Assembly (NCBI RefSeq): GCF_009914755.1
Contig: NC_060931.1
Strand: one strand, 5' to 3'
DNA from: the human T2T-CHM13v2.0 reference genome, Homo sapiens
DNA: 64,000 bases
A program made the translations under genes and the position numbers. The notes under the pieces are model-generated. The model was given only the letters and a program-made list of their open reading frames with translations. It had not been told where the DNA came from and made no database searches. The stretch's first letter is position 1. Each line of letters starts with the position of its first letter. Below, piece by piece: positions 39,509 through 54,902 of the stretch.

Positions 39509-40433
39509 TCTGCATCCTCTTTTTAAAAAATATAACAACTTAATTCTGTAATAACTATAAAATGTAAAGAAATAATAATTTTTCCTAGAAAGTTTGTGAG
39601 TTTGTAAAAATTGAAGGCATATTTCTGTTCAGTGATTGTTATTTCTGAACTTATTGTAAACTTCTTAGTTAGTACTTTTCACGTATAACGTTCTTCTTAT
39701 ACCCTCCAGCTATCAAATGAATATGTTTAATCTCGTCTATTCACGTTTCACAGTCATGTGACAGCTAATGATCCAAATGAACCTTTCTCTCTTTCTTCAC
39801 TGTTTGTTTTCATAGATTGCTCTTCTGCATTTCCCTTAGATTCAGGTATTCTTTGATCATCGTATTCTACCTCAATGTGTTTTCCTTTTCATATTATTTC
39901 TTCCTCAAAATCATGTCATTCTGACTCATTTTGGAGTTTATTATTTTGGGAGTGCTGTATGAGTGGCATATAGGTGATTTCTGTGGCATTTATTAGGAGG
40001 CAGTTAGCGCCAAATAACAGAAAGCCCAGTGCATTCATTTCCTGGAGCTGCCATAACAAAAGACCAAAGACCAGGTGGCACAAACAATAAAAACGTGTTT
40101 TTCTCAAAGTTCTAGAGGCTAGAAGTCCAAGATGGAGACACTGAGGGGTTTTGTTTCTCCTGCAGCCTTTCTCCTCGGTTTGCTGATAGGCATCGCTTGC
40201 CGTGACCTCACATAGCCTTTTCTGTGTGCACATTCATGCTCACTGTCTCCCTGTGTGTCTAAATTTCCTCTTCTCCTAAGGACACCAGTCACATTGGATA
40301 AGGGCCTAATAGCCTCATTTTAACTTAATTATCTCTTTTATGAGTCCTACTCCCAAATACAGCCACATTCTGAGGTATGAGGGGTTAAGGCTTCAAGAGA
40401 TGAATTTTGGAGGAGACATAATTCAGCCTGTAA

Positions 40434-40873
<440 letters not shown>

Positions 40874-42540
40874 TAATCCAAATATCATCTACATGATACA
40901 TTTCATCTATCAGTTCATTTCATGAATTGAGGTACAATTCATCCTGAGGCAAAATTCCTCTCTAGCTGTGAACTTACAAAACCAGAGAAGTTACCTGCTT
41001 GCAAAATAGAATGGTAGAACAGGCATAGGATAGACCTTTCTATTCCAAAAGGGAGAAATCAGAAGAAAGGGGTCACAGGTCCCAAGCAAGTCCAAAACTT
41101 AGCAGAGCAAATTCCTTTAGATTCTTAAGACTTCAAAATAATCTTCTTTGGCTCAATGCCCTGTACCGGGGCCCACTGGGATGATGGCCCTGCCTCTGGA
41201 CCCACTAAGGCGGCAGTATTGCCCTTGGGGGCAGCAGCCCTGTCCCTGGGGCACTGGGCGGTAGCATCCTGGCTCAGTGACAGAAGTGGTGACCCCATCC
41301 CCTGAAAGTGAGGGGGAAATAGCCTCATCTCCCTGATCTGTACCTTTCGGGCCGGCCAGTGGTGGCAGTGGCAGTAGATGTTCTGCTGATCTGTGAATTG
41401 CCTTTGGAGTTACTTTCCCTTTTCTTGGAGGTTAATACATTATTTGCAGCCAGGTTGCTAAATTGTCTTGTCCTGTAGAATCTAAGAAGTCTTACCATCC
41501 TTCATTTTGTCCTGTTTCCATCCTCTTTACCCCAAGCTGGCAATATTTCTGCTGGTATAACCCCATCTCTATCCCTGGCTTCTTCTGAAATAGCTGATTT
41601 TGTCTAAGAATTACACCCCTAATTTCTTTATGGAGTCGTTGTCTGGCCACACTTTGGTGTTCTCTCCAGAATACGCTTTCTCATGTTCTGCGTATGGACA
41701 AGCTGAGAATTTCCCAAATCTTTAAGTTCTAGTTCCTTTTTGCTTAACAGTTACTTCTTCAGTATGTCTTTCTCCTCTTTCATTTTGCTAGCAATAAGGA
41801 GAAACTAGGCCACATCTTCAACACTTTTCTTAGAAATCTCCTCAGTTAAGTACTTGAGTTAGTCACTCACAGGTTCTGTCTTACACAGAACACTAGAATG
41901 CAATTCAGCCATCTTCCTTGCCACATTATGACAAGAATTGCTTTTCTGCCAGTGTCAAGTAACACGTTCCTTATTACCATCTGAGGTCTCACCAGAAGCC
42001 TCTTTAATGTCCATATTTCCACCAACAGTCTCTTCAATGCAATCTAGGCATTTTCTTGCCTGCACCTTAAAACTATTCTATCCTGTTGTCTTACCCTGTT
42101 CCAAAGTCACTTCCACTTTTTCAGGTATCTGTTACCATAGCAGCCCACTTCTTAGAATCAAAATCTGTATTAACCATGATGAGATACCACCTCACACCTG
42201 TTAGAAAGTCTGTTATCAAAAAGACAAAAGATAACAAGTGTTGTCAACAAAAATGAGAAAATGGAACCTTTGCACACTGTTGGTGAAAATATCAGTTAGT
42301 ATAGCCATTATGGAAAACAGTATGGAGGTTCCTCAGATTAAAAATTGAGCTACCATATGGTCTAGCAATCCCACTTCTGGGTATATATCCTAAGGAAACA
42401 AAATTAGTGAGTCAGAGAGATATCTGCACTCGCATGTTTACTGCAGCACTAGTCACAATAGCCAAGATATGGAGTTAACCTAAGTGTCCATCAGTGGATG
42501 AACAGACAAAGAAAATGAGGTTCATACACACAATGGCATA

Positions 42541-42758
42541 CAGGTTGAGCATCTCTAATTCAGAAATCTAAAATTCTCCAAAATTAAAAACTTGGAGGAC
42601 TGGCATGATGCTCAAAGGAAATGTTCACTGGAATAGTTTGCATTTCAGATTAGGAATGCTCAACCAGTAAGTATAATGCAAATGTCCCAAAACCCCCAGA
42701 AATTGAAATCCAAAATACTTGCGGTCACAAACATTTCAGATAAGGGATATTCAACTTG
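42541..42758. mobile_element. Tigger4/MER46 (Zombi)-like MITE
   Basis: TA|caggttgagcatc ... gatattcaacttg|TA: inverted termini with TA duplication. Confidence 0.8.
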
Positions 42759-43070
42759 TACCTTTCAGCCTTTAACAAGAAGGAAATCCTGTCCTTTGCA
42801 ACAGCTTGGATGAACCTGGAGGACATTAAGTAAAATCAATCAGACACAGAAAGACAAATACTGCATGATTTCACTGACTTGTGAAATTTTAAAAGTTGAA
42901 CTCGTAGAAGCGGAGAGTGGAATGGTGGCTACCAGGGGCTGGAGTTAGGAGGTTGGGGAGATGTTGGTCAAGGGATACAAAATTTCAGTTAGGAGAAATA
43001 AGTTCAAGAGATCTATCGTACATGGTGACTGTAATTAATAACAATGTGTAGTATTTTTTAAAAACCATTA

Positions 43071-43481
<411 letters not shown>

Positions 43482-43870
43482 TCAGGTTATACACAATAAA
43501 TACATACAATTTTGTCAGTTAAAAATTAACTTTTTTAAAAAATAAAGCATATTTTAGCTCTGTGATCCAAAAAATTTAATTATAGTTGTAACCTGGAGAA
43601 ACCCAACTGCACATAGAAAGATGATCATGGCCATGTTGTTCCTGACAACAACCAAAAAAAGGAAAATTGAAAAACTAAGTTGTAATATATTTGTAGAATG
43701 GAAATCTACACAGCAGTAAGAAAAATTACCTAGACCTAGATACACCAATATCAGCATATCTCAAAAGTATAATGTTGATTGAAAAAAGCAACGTACAGAA
43801 TAATCTCTATTTTCTGAAACTGGTTGCATAAATTTACAAATAAAAGTTCAAACAAAAAAGCAAACCTGTA

Positions 43871-44348
43871 CAGTAGTCCCTCACTTATCCATGGCTTTGC
43901 TTTCTGAGGTTTTGGTTTGGTCAACATTGGTCCAAAAATACTCAATGGAATATTCCAAAGATAAGCAATTTATAAGTTAAATTGCACACTGATCTGAGTA
44001 GCAGAATTAAATCTCATGCCGCCCCACTTTATCCCACCGAGGATGGTAACCATCTTCATCCGGCTGTCTTGGTGACCAGGTCGATTGTTGTGTACTGCAA
44101 TGCTTGCGTTCAAGTAACCCTTATTTTACATAATAATGACCCCAAAGTGCAAGAGTAGTGCTGCTGACAGAATTGTTCTATTTTACTGTTGTTAATCTCT
44201 TAGTGTACCTAATTTATAAATTAAACTTTATCACAGATATATAGGTATAGGAAAAAACAGTATATATGGGGTTCTGTACCGTCTGTGGTTTCAGGCATTC
44301 CCTGGGAGCCTTGGAACATACCTCGCCCAGGTTAAAGGAGGACAAGTG
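43871..44348. mobile_element. MER44/Tigger-family MITE
   Basis: TA|cagtagtccctcacttatcc ... gttaaaggaggacaagtg|TA. Confidence 0.78.
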
Positions 44349-45359
44349 TATTAGTTTGCTAGGGCTGCCATAACAAAATACCACAGACTGGGCAACTTCA
44401 ACCACAGAAGTTTCTTTTTTCACAGCTCTGGAGGCTAGCAGTCCAAGTTCAAGGTGTCAGCAAGTTTGGCTTCTCCTGAGGCCTCACTCCTCGTAGCCAC
44501 TTTCTCTCTGCATCCTCACATGGCTTTTCTCTGTGCATGTGTATCCCTGATATCTCCCTGTGGGTTCAAATTTTCTTATAAGGACACCTATCAGATTGGG
44601 TTAGGGCTCAGTCCAATGGCTTCATTTTAACTTAATCACCTCTTTAAAGCCCGTGTCTCCAAATACAGTCCCATTCTGAAATACCGGGGTTAGGGCTTCA
44701 CGACATGAATGTTGGGGGGACACAACATTATCAGCCTGTAATATTACTCCGGTATGACTTCATCCTATCTCATTACATCTGCAGCACCCCTATTCCCAAA
44801 TAACATCACATTCTGAGGTACTGCAGATGAGGACTTCAACATAGAAATTTGAGGAGGAGACAATTCAACCCCTAACAATGAGGAAATTTATTATTTCACA
44901 AACAAGGAATTCAGAAGTCGAATAATCACAATGCAGATTAATTCTGTGACCTGGTGGAATCACCAAGGATTGTGATCATCCCATCTTTCTATACTGCTCT
45001 TCTTAACATTGACTTCAATTTAAGACAGCCATCCCTTTGGTCTCAAGATGTCTCTAGTGGTTCCAGAAGACAACTTCAAAGGAGGCAGGGACTTTCTCAT
45101 ATCTTTTTGTTAAGAGTGAGGAAACCTTTCTCAGAAGCCTGGAGCTGACTGCCTCCTGCATCTAATTCTGCAGACTGGGCCATGTGCCACCTGTAACCCA
45201 GTCTCAGGCCTGGGCAGTGGGGCTGCCATGATGGGCTTTGATGATTCCTCACATCCTGCAGGAGCCAGGCAGAGCTTCCCGTGGAGCACGTGGCTATGTG
45301 GGGGAGGGGTGGGGACTTGGACAAAGTGGGGGCTCTCCCAGCAAAGAAGAAGCAGGGAA

Positions 45360-45651
<292 letters not shown>

Positions 45652-46163
45652 AGAAGCAGGGAAATGGGGGTCCCAAGAGCCAAAAGTGCCTGCTCCCTCC
45701 ACTTTATGTATTTGGAAATCTTGCTTTTTGTTCAGTCTGCCTAGAATTCAGCTACCTACAAGTATGATCTAGCTGGTTGAAGGCTGAGAACCTGTTATCA
45801 ACCAAGACTGCTGAAGACCTGAAAACTGGTATCACAAGATTGATGCACCTTAGCGATGATATCTTGTATTCAACAGAGAACCTATGAGGAGTTTGTACTC
45901 TTTCTTTCCACACAGTTGTACCAAATGTGATTATTTAATTAACAGCATCTTAATATAGTAGAAGAGAACCATAGAAAGTCAATAATAATAGCAAATACAA
46001 TATTATGCCATTATATGTCAGGCCCTTTACTGAGTGCTGTACGTAATGCAATCCTTACATCAACCTTCTAAGGCAGGGACTGTCGCTAGCCTTTTTTATA
46101 TATATATACGGAGAAACAGGCACAAAAAGAAGAAATATATCCACAGCTATATGGGTAGTAAGT

Positions 46164-46278
46164 ATAGGATGACCAACAGTTCTAGTTTGACTGGAATTAA
46201 AGGAGTTTTGGGAACATTGGACTTTGAATTTTAAAACTGGGAAATCCTGAGCAAACTAACAAGAGTTCGTCACACTAA
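46164..46278. mobile_element. MER94-like hAT MITE inside a MIR
   Basis: taggatgacc...ttttaaaactggga...gtcacacta. Same family as 49563-49675. Confidence 0.6.
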
Positions 46279-46829
46279 AACAAGCAAAGCAGGATTCACA
46301 CCCAGGCAGCCTGGCTCCAGAGTCCGTGCTCTGAAGAGCATTCTATGTGTAGATAAAAGAGAGGTCAGGCTCTGTCAGACTTGGGTTTGAATCGAAGTAC
46401 TGCCACTTACTAGTAGCTATGACCTTGACCGAGTCAGTTATGTTCTTTAAGCTTTAGTTTCATGACCTCTGAAATAAAAATAACAACTCTCTTTATAGGT
46501 TTGTTATGGGTGTCTTATGACATTATACATGTAAAGTGCTTAGCATGGTACCTGCCACATACTCATTTCCAAGTAAGTGTGAATTATTGGTATTAATATG
46601 TGGGAAAGGCCAGCAGACAAATTTAAAAGCAAGTGATGACAACTAGCAGCAAGAAAGGGAAAAAATATGAGATGCAGCTCGAATATTTTTTAAAGAGTTG
46701 TCTAGGACTGTTTAGCACAGAACAGTCTGTCTTTTAGTAAGCCCTGAGTATCACTGAATTAAAATGAAGTTCTAGAGTAAATGTTCAGACATGAAGATGA
46801 TCTAGAATTGTGTATAAAATATTCAGTTG

Positions 46830-47120
46830 AGTCAACCATGGTGGCTCACACCTGTGATCCTAGCCCTTTGGGAGGCTGAGGCAGGTGATCACTTCAGCCC
46901 AGGAGTTTGAGACGAGTCTGGGCAACATGGCAAAATCCCATCTCTACAAAAAATACAAAATAATTAGCTGGGCATGGTGGTGCATGCCTGTAGTCTCAGC
47001 TACTTGGGAGGCTGAGGTGGGAGAATAACCTGAGCTCAGGAAGTCAAGGCTGCAGTTAGCCATCATCACGCCACTGCACTCCAGCCTGGGTATAGGAGTG
47101 AGACCCTGTCTCAAAAAAAA
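46830..47120 (+). mobile_element. AluJ-like
   Basis: Full dimer with J-type arms. Confidence 0.92.
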
Positions 47121-47145
47121 TAGTCATTCAAAAAACTCACAATCA

Positions 47146-47445
<300 letters not shown>

Positions 47446-47894
47446 CTAAGGCATTGGTCCCGATTTTCATTTGTGTGTGGCTTGACTTCTTGAACATTTT
47501 CTCATCTCCTGAAATGTTGTAGATAGTTTCTTATATGGTTACTATATTCCCTTCTGTGCTTACCCCAATGTTGGGCAGAGAGTAGGTATTTTGGAATTAG
47601 GAGCCTTGGGGGCTAGTACTTAATTTGGAAATGATAAATCAGTTGTTTACTTTATGGTACTTTGATGGCATTATCCAATTGCTCTCCTCAAGCTACAATG
47701 TCTGAACTCTAACCATTCAAAATTGAAAATAAGGTGGAATCTCTCCTGTTGGGTGCTAATCTGAACTATGAATTATTTGGATTTCAATTCTAAAGTGACT
47801 GTGTTGAGTTTGATATAAAATTTTGGAATGCCTCTCTCTCGCACGCGCTCTCTCTCTCTTTCTGATCTTTGTCTCATTCTGTTTCTCCTCCCAG

Positions 47895-48099
47895 ACAGTT
47901 CTCGTTCACACAACAGAGACAGCTCGTCTTAGATATTTCATGGAGTTGTTGCTTGAGAAAGGAAAACCTCTAATGCTAGTAGGAAATGCAGGAGTGGGAA
48001 AAACAGTCTTTGTAGGTGACACATTGGCAAGTCTCTCTGAGGATTACATAGTATCCCGTGTGCCTTTCAACTACTACACAACATCCACAGCTCTGCAAA
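47895..48099 (+). CDS. DNAH11: DNAH11 exon (~46), AAA3 Walker A: [39 protein letters not shown]...[10 protein letters not shown]
   Basis: ctcccag|ACA ... CAAA|gtaagt. 205 nt. P-loop GNAGVGKT. Confidence 0.96.
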
Positions 48100-48961
48100 G
48101 TAAGTGCACCTGTTTATTTTCTAGAAACAAGGGATCAAAAATCATCAAGGCGGGCACATGCAGCCCAAAAGACTAATAATGCCTTTCCCTAGAATTTAGA
48201 GTTGTTGCTTGGGCCTTAGATGAATTTGTACTTATCATCCTTGTTAAATATACGTTGTTTAAATATTGTTGTGATTTTGGCTTTTTATGTCACTCATGGC
48301 TTTATTTGGGTGATTATGCTTTAGAACAGCAAGAATATACATCAATAGTGTTAATGTGTTACCTCGAAACCACTGGTTGCTTTTAATTGCATGGAGTCTT
48401 ACCAATATAAGGGTATACTCAAGGAGGGATGTTCTGGTTACTTTTTCAAGTAAAAGATTAATTTAGGAGAAATTCATTAAAACTGTGTTGAGTAAATGAC
48501 AGAGCCAAGAGTCATTAATGAAATCTTAAAATCACTAGAACTAGTTTTGAACTATTGAATAACTAATCAACGTAATCAAAAGAACCACACAGATTTGGGG
48601 CATTCCCAGAGTTAGGTAGGGTGAGCAAAAGAGACATGGGATGTAGAGAGGAAATCACCGAAAGAGCTGATGTCGGAAGGCCAGTCAATCTCCAGCAGGG
48701 AAAGGGGGCTCTGTTGGGGGGCAACCAGACTCTCTGATATCCAGTTGTTTATTAAAACTGTTGAGTTGCCTTGAATGTGGGCTCCTGGGGTATCTGTTTA
48801 CATGTGGATATATGTTGTTTCCTTAGCTATATCAGTGGAGACTAATAATAAATGTTCTTACTCATTGACATCATTAACAGCCAATAGTGATTTTTCCGTC
48901 ATCTTTTTTGTTAATCATTTGGTCTTGTCTTTATGAATGGAACCCTTAGAAAGCCAACTCA

Positions 48962-49085
48962 AGCCAGGTGTGGTGGTACATGCTGGTAATCCCAGCTACT
49001 CAGGAGGCTGAGGTGGGAGGATTGCTTGAGCCCAGGAGTTTGAGTCCAGCCCGGGCAATGTATTGAGATACCTGTCCCCCAAAAA
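48962..49085 (+). mobile_element. Free Alu monomer (FLAM_A-like)
   Basis: Single arm: cccagctactcaggaggctgaggtgggaggattgcttgagcccaggagtttgag...aaaaa. Confidence 0.8.
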
Positions 49086-49562
49086 GAGCCAATTATTTCA
49101 TTCATCTATTCAGAAAATACATATTATTTACCTACTTTTTCCCAAGCATTGTGTAGGGTATGTTTTTCATTTGCAGATATGAAAGAAAGACTCTATGATT
49201 TATAAATGGAAGATTAAGCTACAGTTCAGTAGTTGAACAAATTACCTATGATGTGAGTGCATCTTGCTATTTCCTAAAAGGAATACAGGCATGAATACGA
49301 TTTAGAGATGGCCTATTAGTGCGAGGAATAGAAAGAGCTGTAGTTGTCAGTATACTTGTAAAGAGAATTATGATTTCAAACATTTGAGCTGGGGCAACAA
49401 ATGGGCAAAGAAGATTAGGATAGAAGGACCAGCTTAAGCAAAGACATGGAAGAGAGAGAATTGTGGGACACATTCAATGAATTGAATATGATGACTGAAG
49501 CATAGTGATTGGGTGCAAGATATGGAAAAGGCTAAGCTACTGATTTGGAGTTATACTGCAGA

Positions 49563-49675
49563 TAGGGTGACCACCTGTCCAGTTCACCAAAAGACCAAAG
49601 TGTTTTCTGGAACATGGGACTTGTAGTTTTAAAACTGGGACAATCCCAGGCAACCACCGATGGTTGATCACACCA
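49563..49675. mobile_element. MER94-like hAT MITE
   Basis: tagggtgaccacctgtcc...aaaactgggacaatcccaggcaa...gatcacacca. Confidence 0.65.
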
Positions 49676-50955
49676 ACTATAGAGAATGCTGAGATGCAAA
49701 CTGAGGGGACTGTATTTCATTTGATGGAAAATGGTGAACCATTGATAGGGAAGCAGGGAACTGACAAGGTGGGCACTGTCTTTTGAGAAGAGAGATCTGA
49801 GATGGGGAGATCAGTCCCCCTGAGTAGTATAAGAGCTATATGTAATGTGACCCTGGACCAGAATTGTAGAAAAGGAGGTGGCAAGTTGGGAACATATGGA
49901 AATGACATGAAGTACCATTTATAGGCTGTGGTTGGACAAACATGGGACCAGGAGAGAGAGACTACTGGAGGCTTTGCATCTGCCTGACTGGGCATGTTAA
50001 CCCCCTAAGCAGGACCACAAAGGCAAAAGGAAAGAGGTGAATTGCGAGTGAGGGAGAGATGATGTTAAGCTGAGTTGGAAAAGAGGCAGATTTAGTGTTG
50101 GCTGAACGTTGGATGGTAATGGCTAGTAAGAATTAATGCCCAGCAAGTGTTTGGAAATGTGGGTCTGCTTCTTGGAAAAGGTGTTTATTTATTTATGATT
50201 CTTTGTTCATTCATTCATTTATTTGTTTGCTCATTTAAAAAAAGTACTTATTGTGGCCATTGTCGGTGGTATAGCGATGAATATGACATAGTTCCTTGGT
50301 CTCAAAATACTTATAGTCTGTTTGGAGAGTCAACAAGTAATCAGATACTACATCTCAGACACGCACTGTTCTGGATTTTCTTCACCCAGGACTTTAAAAA
50401 AATAGACACAAAGTCATATAGACACAGGAAGAAATGTAAGTTTATGTATTCACGGATAGTGACTACCTTGTGGATAGTGTCTACACACACTGTTCTTGTG
50501 CCTCTGCACTCCAGCGGCCTAAGAAGACAGGTATGGGAGACTTTCCTGAGCTGTTCTCAGACTCTTCCGCAGAGATGACAGAGAAGAGAACTGAGAGACC
50601 AGGCCATAGCTGGACTAGCAGTGGCCACATAGAATGGGTACGGGGGAGGAAGTACGCAGATCAGCAATTGGGTTGTTTCAGCTGTGATGACAATGTGATG
50701 TCATGCTGCACGTGCTGCAGTCTCCATAAAAGGTGAGGTGGAATGACTTCTGGCAACAGGAGGGAGATTGGCAGGAGAGCACGACACAAAAGGAGGGGCC
50801 AGAGACACAGCTCGGGTCTCTTAACCTATGAAGAGGTGATACCTGAAACCACAGGGTGGATGAAATCGACAGAAGAAGTTAAGAACAAGAGAAAAATGAC
50901 TAAATGAACATTTACATTCTGTTGATGGGTGGACAGAAATATATGTTTATTTCAG

Positions 50956-51121
50956 AAATTCTTGAGAAACCCCTAGAGAAAAAAGCTGGTCATAACTATG
51001 GTCCTGGAGGAAATAAAAAATTGATTTATTTTATCGACGACATGAACATGCCTGAAGTGGACTTATATGGCACCGTTCAGCCTCATACCCTGATCCGGCA
51101 GCATATTGATTATGGACATTG
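50956..51121 (+). CDS. DNAH11: DNAH11 exon (~47), AAA3 Walker B: [54 protein letters not shown](W)
   Basis: tttcag|AA ... TG|gtaagc. 166 nt. FIDDMNMP motif. Confidence 0.96.
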
Positions 51122-51158
51122 GTAAGCAAGTCTCTGTAGTTTACTCTCTCCCAAAATC

Positions 51159-51240
51159 TAATAATTATTATGGATAATAATTACTATGGATGAATAATTA
51201 TTATGAATAATTATTATGGATGAATTATTATGGATGAATT
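51159..51240. repeat. Short AT-rich tandem repeat, ~5 copies of aataattattatggat(g)
   Basis: Read directly, starting ~38 nt after the exon ~47 donor. Confidence 0.85.
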
Positions 51241-51825
51241 CAAGTGCAATTATCCCCAGTTTCTTCTAAGGAATATCTTTTGGGTTTGCTTTGTATCTCT
51301 TTTCATCATATTAAATGTAATAGTTTCCCTTTGTATCTTTGGAAGATTGGATTGAAAAGTGTCTCAGAAATGTTAAGACTGTGCGGAAATCATGTCCTCT
51401 TTAAGAATTAACTCACACTTAATTATTTAAGAGAAATTTGATCTTGTTTGGCAGGGTGTAAATGTTTGGGCACTGTAGTCTTCAATCCCTGACAATTAAC
51501 TACAGGGACAGCCCCCAGCACATCCATGGAGTCTTGCTATGGGTACAAGATAGTTTCTACAGAGTAACATGAGAATCAATAAGCAGTAATAGTTTACATT
51601 GACGCAGCTCCAGATCTTGATTTTTGTCATCAAATGAGCTAAGTCAACTTCAGTTTTTTGAGCTTCAGTTTTGATGTCTCTCAAATAAGGCTCACTAGGT
51701 CAACCTCACAGAGTGATTATAAAGATAAGGAGGTAATCTGCGATGAAGACCTTTATGAACTGTTAGATTTTGCTCTTTTGTCATCTCCAGTTTTTGGATT
51801 TAAGGTTCTGTTTTCTGTCTTTCAG

Positions 51826-51928
51826 GTATGATAGACAGAAGGTGATGCTTAAAGAAATCCATAACTGCCAGTATGTCGCCTGCATGAATCCGATGGTGGG
51901 CAGCTTCACCATCAGTCCCAGGCTACAG
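51826..51928 (+). CDS. DNAH11: DNAH11 exon (~48): [34 protein letters not shown]
   Basis: ctttcag|G ... CAG|gtaggg. 103 nt. AAA3 sensor I (MNP) and PRLQ. Confidence 0.96.
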
Positions 51929-52094
51929 GTAGGGTGTTGAATACTGCTCTCAAAAACTGTAGGTCTGTATTGTATTGTTTTCGAGTACAGCTTAGGATTC
52001 CTATGGGACATCTTGTTAAGCACGTTTCTCATGGCAGCTGTACTATATTTTATTCCCACTAACAACAGACAGGGGTTCTAATAAGCCTTTTTGT

Positions 52095-53690
52095 TTTAAT
52101 TGGTAGACTTTATTTTTTATATCAAAGTTTATAGCAAAATCAGCTGGCAGTACAAATAATTCCTATGTACTCTCTTAATGCCCCCACTTGTTTTACCCTA
52201 TTATTAACATCTTGCATTAGTTACAATGATCAGCCAATATTGACACATTATTATTAACTAAAGTTCAGAGTTTACATCGGGATTCCTTCTTTGTATTATA
52301 CATTCCAGGGGCTTTTGACAGACATATAATGACAAGTATCAGCTGTTAACAGTATCATATAGAATAGTGTCACTGCCCCAAAATCTCTGTACTCTACCAA
52401 TTCATTCCTCTCTCTTTTCCCTCTGAGTCCCTGGTAACAATTGATCTTTTGTCTTTTCTTTTCTATTATTATTGTTGTAAAATACATGTTACAAAATTTA
52501 CCACATTAACCATTTCAAGTGTACAGTTCAGTAATATTAACTACATATGTAATGTTGGGCAGCCAAGATCACCACCCATCTCCATAACTCTTTTCATCTT
52601 GTGAAACTGAAACTCCACCCACTGAGCTCCCCTTTTTCTCCTCCCCACTTTCTCCTGGCAACCACCATTCTACTTTCTGTGTCTATGATTTTGACTATTT
52701 TAAGTACCTCATATACGTGGAATTATCCAGTATTTGTCTTTTTGTGGCTGGCTTATTTCACTTAGCATAATGTCTAGGGTTCATCCAGTTATGGCATATT
52801 GCAGAATTTCTTTCCTATGTAAGACCGAGTCATATTCTAGTACATGTATTTACCACATTTTCCTTAGTTATTCATTCGTTGATGGACACTTGGGTTGCTT
52901 CCACACTTTAGCTAATGTGAATAATGCTGCTGCGAACATGGATGAACAAATGTATCTTCAAGACCCTGCTTTTAATTCTTTGGGGTGTACACCCAGCAAT
53001 ACAATTGCTGAATCATATCAGAATTCTACTTTTAATTTTTTGAGGAATCATCATACTGTTTTCCATGACAACTATACCTTATTTTATTCCCTACCAATAG
53101 TGCATCAGGGTCCCAGTTTCTCTATATCCTCACACATATTTATTTGCTGTTTTGTTTTGTTTTTTGACAGTAATCATGCTAATGAGTGTGAGGCAGTATC
53201 TCATAGTTATGATTTGCATTTTCCTAATGATTAGTGATGTTTTTTATGTGCTTATTGTTCATTTTTGTATCTTCTTCGGAGAAACGTCTATTCAAGTCTT
53301 GTGCTTATGTTTAAATTGGGTTATTTTGTTGTCATTGAGTTATAAGAAGCCTCAATGTATTCTGGATATTAATCCCTTAGGCACTGATATTTTCTCTGTT
53401 TCTATAAATTTTGCCTTTTCCAGAATTTCATATGATGAGAATCATAGGGTGTGTAGCCTTTCCAAATAGGCTTTTTTTTCCACGTAGCTTAACTATGCAT
53501 TTAAGATTTCTCCATGTCTTTCCGTGGCTTGATAGTGCGTCTGTTTTTATTGCTGAATAGTGGTCATTGTATGAATGCATCACAGCTTGTTTATCCATTC
53601 ATCTACTGAAGGACACCTTGGTTGCTTTCACTTTTGACAATTATGAAAGAAGCTGCTATAAACATTTGTTTGCAGGTTTTGTGTTTGCGT
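52095..53690 (-). mobile_element. Antisense L1M cluster (L1MC-like with nested L1MB-like 52460-53380)
   Basis: Two stacked antisense L1 3' ends, each with its own gttgatggacacttggg-type segment. Confidence 0.78.
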
Positions 53691-53719
53691 AGAAGCTTTT
53701 TAATCATGACAACAGCAAC

Positions 53720-54135
53720 AGCTACCCCCAGCATACATTCAGTAGCATACAGTGGTTGCTTACGCATCTGGACTCAGCTGAGACTGAGCTCAGTGACTGC
53801 TGATCTTGGCTGGGCTCATCTGTGCATGTTGGGGATAAACTGTCAGTTAATTTGATGTGGCTTTGGCTGGAGTGACTGTGACAACATGACCCTGCTTTAT
53901 GTGTCCCTCATACTTTAGGGCCTGCAGAGTTTATGGCAAAGTCAGAGGCTTAACAAAGTAAGGAGAAATATACACCTCTGACAACGAGTGGCACACTGTC
54001 ACTTCCACCTCATTCTGTTGGCTTAAGTAAATCACATGGCCAACCCCAGAGTCAGAGTGGAGCACTAAAAAGCTACATGGTAATGGGCCTGGATACAGGG
54101 AGGAGTGAAAAAAAATCAGGTCTTTGCAATTTTCT
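53720..54135. mobile_element. Old MaLR LTR (MLT1H/I/J-like)
   Basis: tggcacactgtcacttccacctcattctgttggc...aatcacatggccaacccca. Confidence 0.6.
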
Positions 54136-54181
54136 GGTACAATTGTAATCCTTACACTCTTATATTTGCTTTTCTTTTCAG

Positions 54182-54421
54182 AGACATTTCACAGTGTTTG
54201 CATTCAATTTTCCATCTTTGGATGCACTAAACACCATCTATGGCCAAATCTTTAGCTTCCATTTCCAACAGCAAGCATTTGCTCCATCAATTCTCAGGAG
54301 TGGCCCCACTTTGATCCAGGCAACAATAGCATTCCATCAGACAATGATGTGTAACTTTTTACCCACGGCTATTAAATTCCACTACATCTTTAATCTGAGA
54401 GATTTATCAAACGTCTTCCAG
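54182..54421 (+). CDS. DNAH11: DNAH11 exon (~49): [23 protein letters not shown]...[22 protein letters not shown]
   Basis: ttttcag|AGA ... CAG|gtacct. 240 nt. [10 protein letters not shown] motif. Confidence 0.96.
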
Positions 54422-54476
54422 GTACCTTGACTGCTCTATGTTATGCCTCTTGAGTAGAGAAATAATGATAATACTA

Positions 54477-54902
54477 TGTATTAGCCCATTTTTTATGTCA
54501 CTATAGAGAAACACCTGAGGCTAGGTAATTTATAAAGAAAAGAGGTTTAATTGGCTTATGGTTCTGCAGGCTGTGCTAGCATGGCCCCAGCATCTGCTTC
54601 TGGTGAGGGCCTCAGGAGCTGACAATCGTGGTAGAAGGTGATGGGGAGCCAGCATTTCACATTTTGCATGGCAAGAGCAGGAGCAAGAGAGGGAGTGGAG
54701 GCAGGTCCCCAAACTTTTAAACAACCAGATCTTGCATGAACTAACTGAGTGAGAATTCACTTATTACGGAGGGGATGGTGCTAACCATTGATGAAGGATC
54801 TGCCCCCATGATCCAGTCACCTCCCACCAGGCCCCACCTCCAACACTGGGAATCGCATTTCAACCTGAGATTTGGAGGGGGCACACATCCAAACCATTAC
54901 CA
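54477..54902 (-). mobile_element. MaLR solo LTR (MSTB-like)
   Basis: tgtattagccc...catccaaaccattacca. Near-TSD tacta/tactg. Confidence 0.88.
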
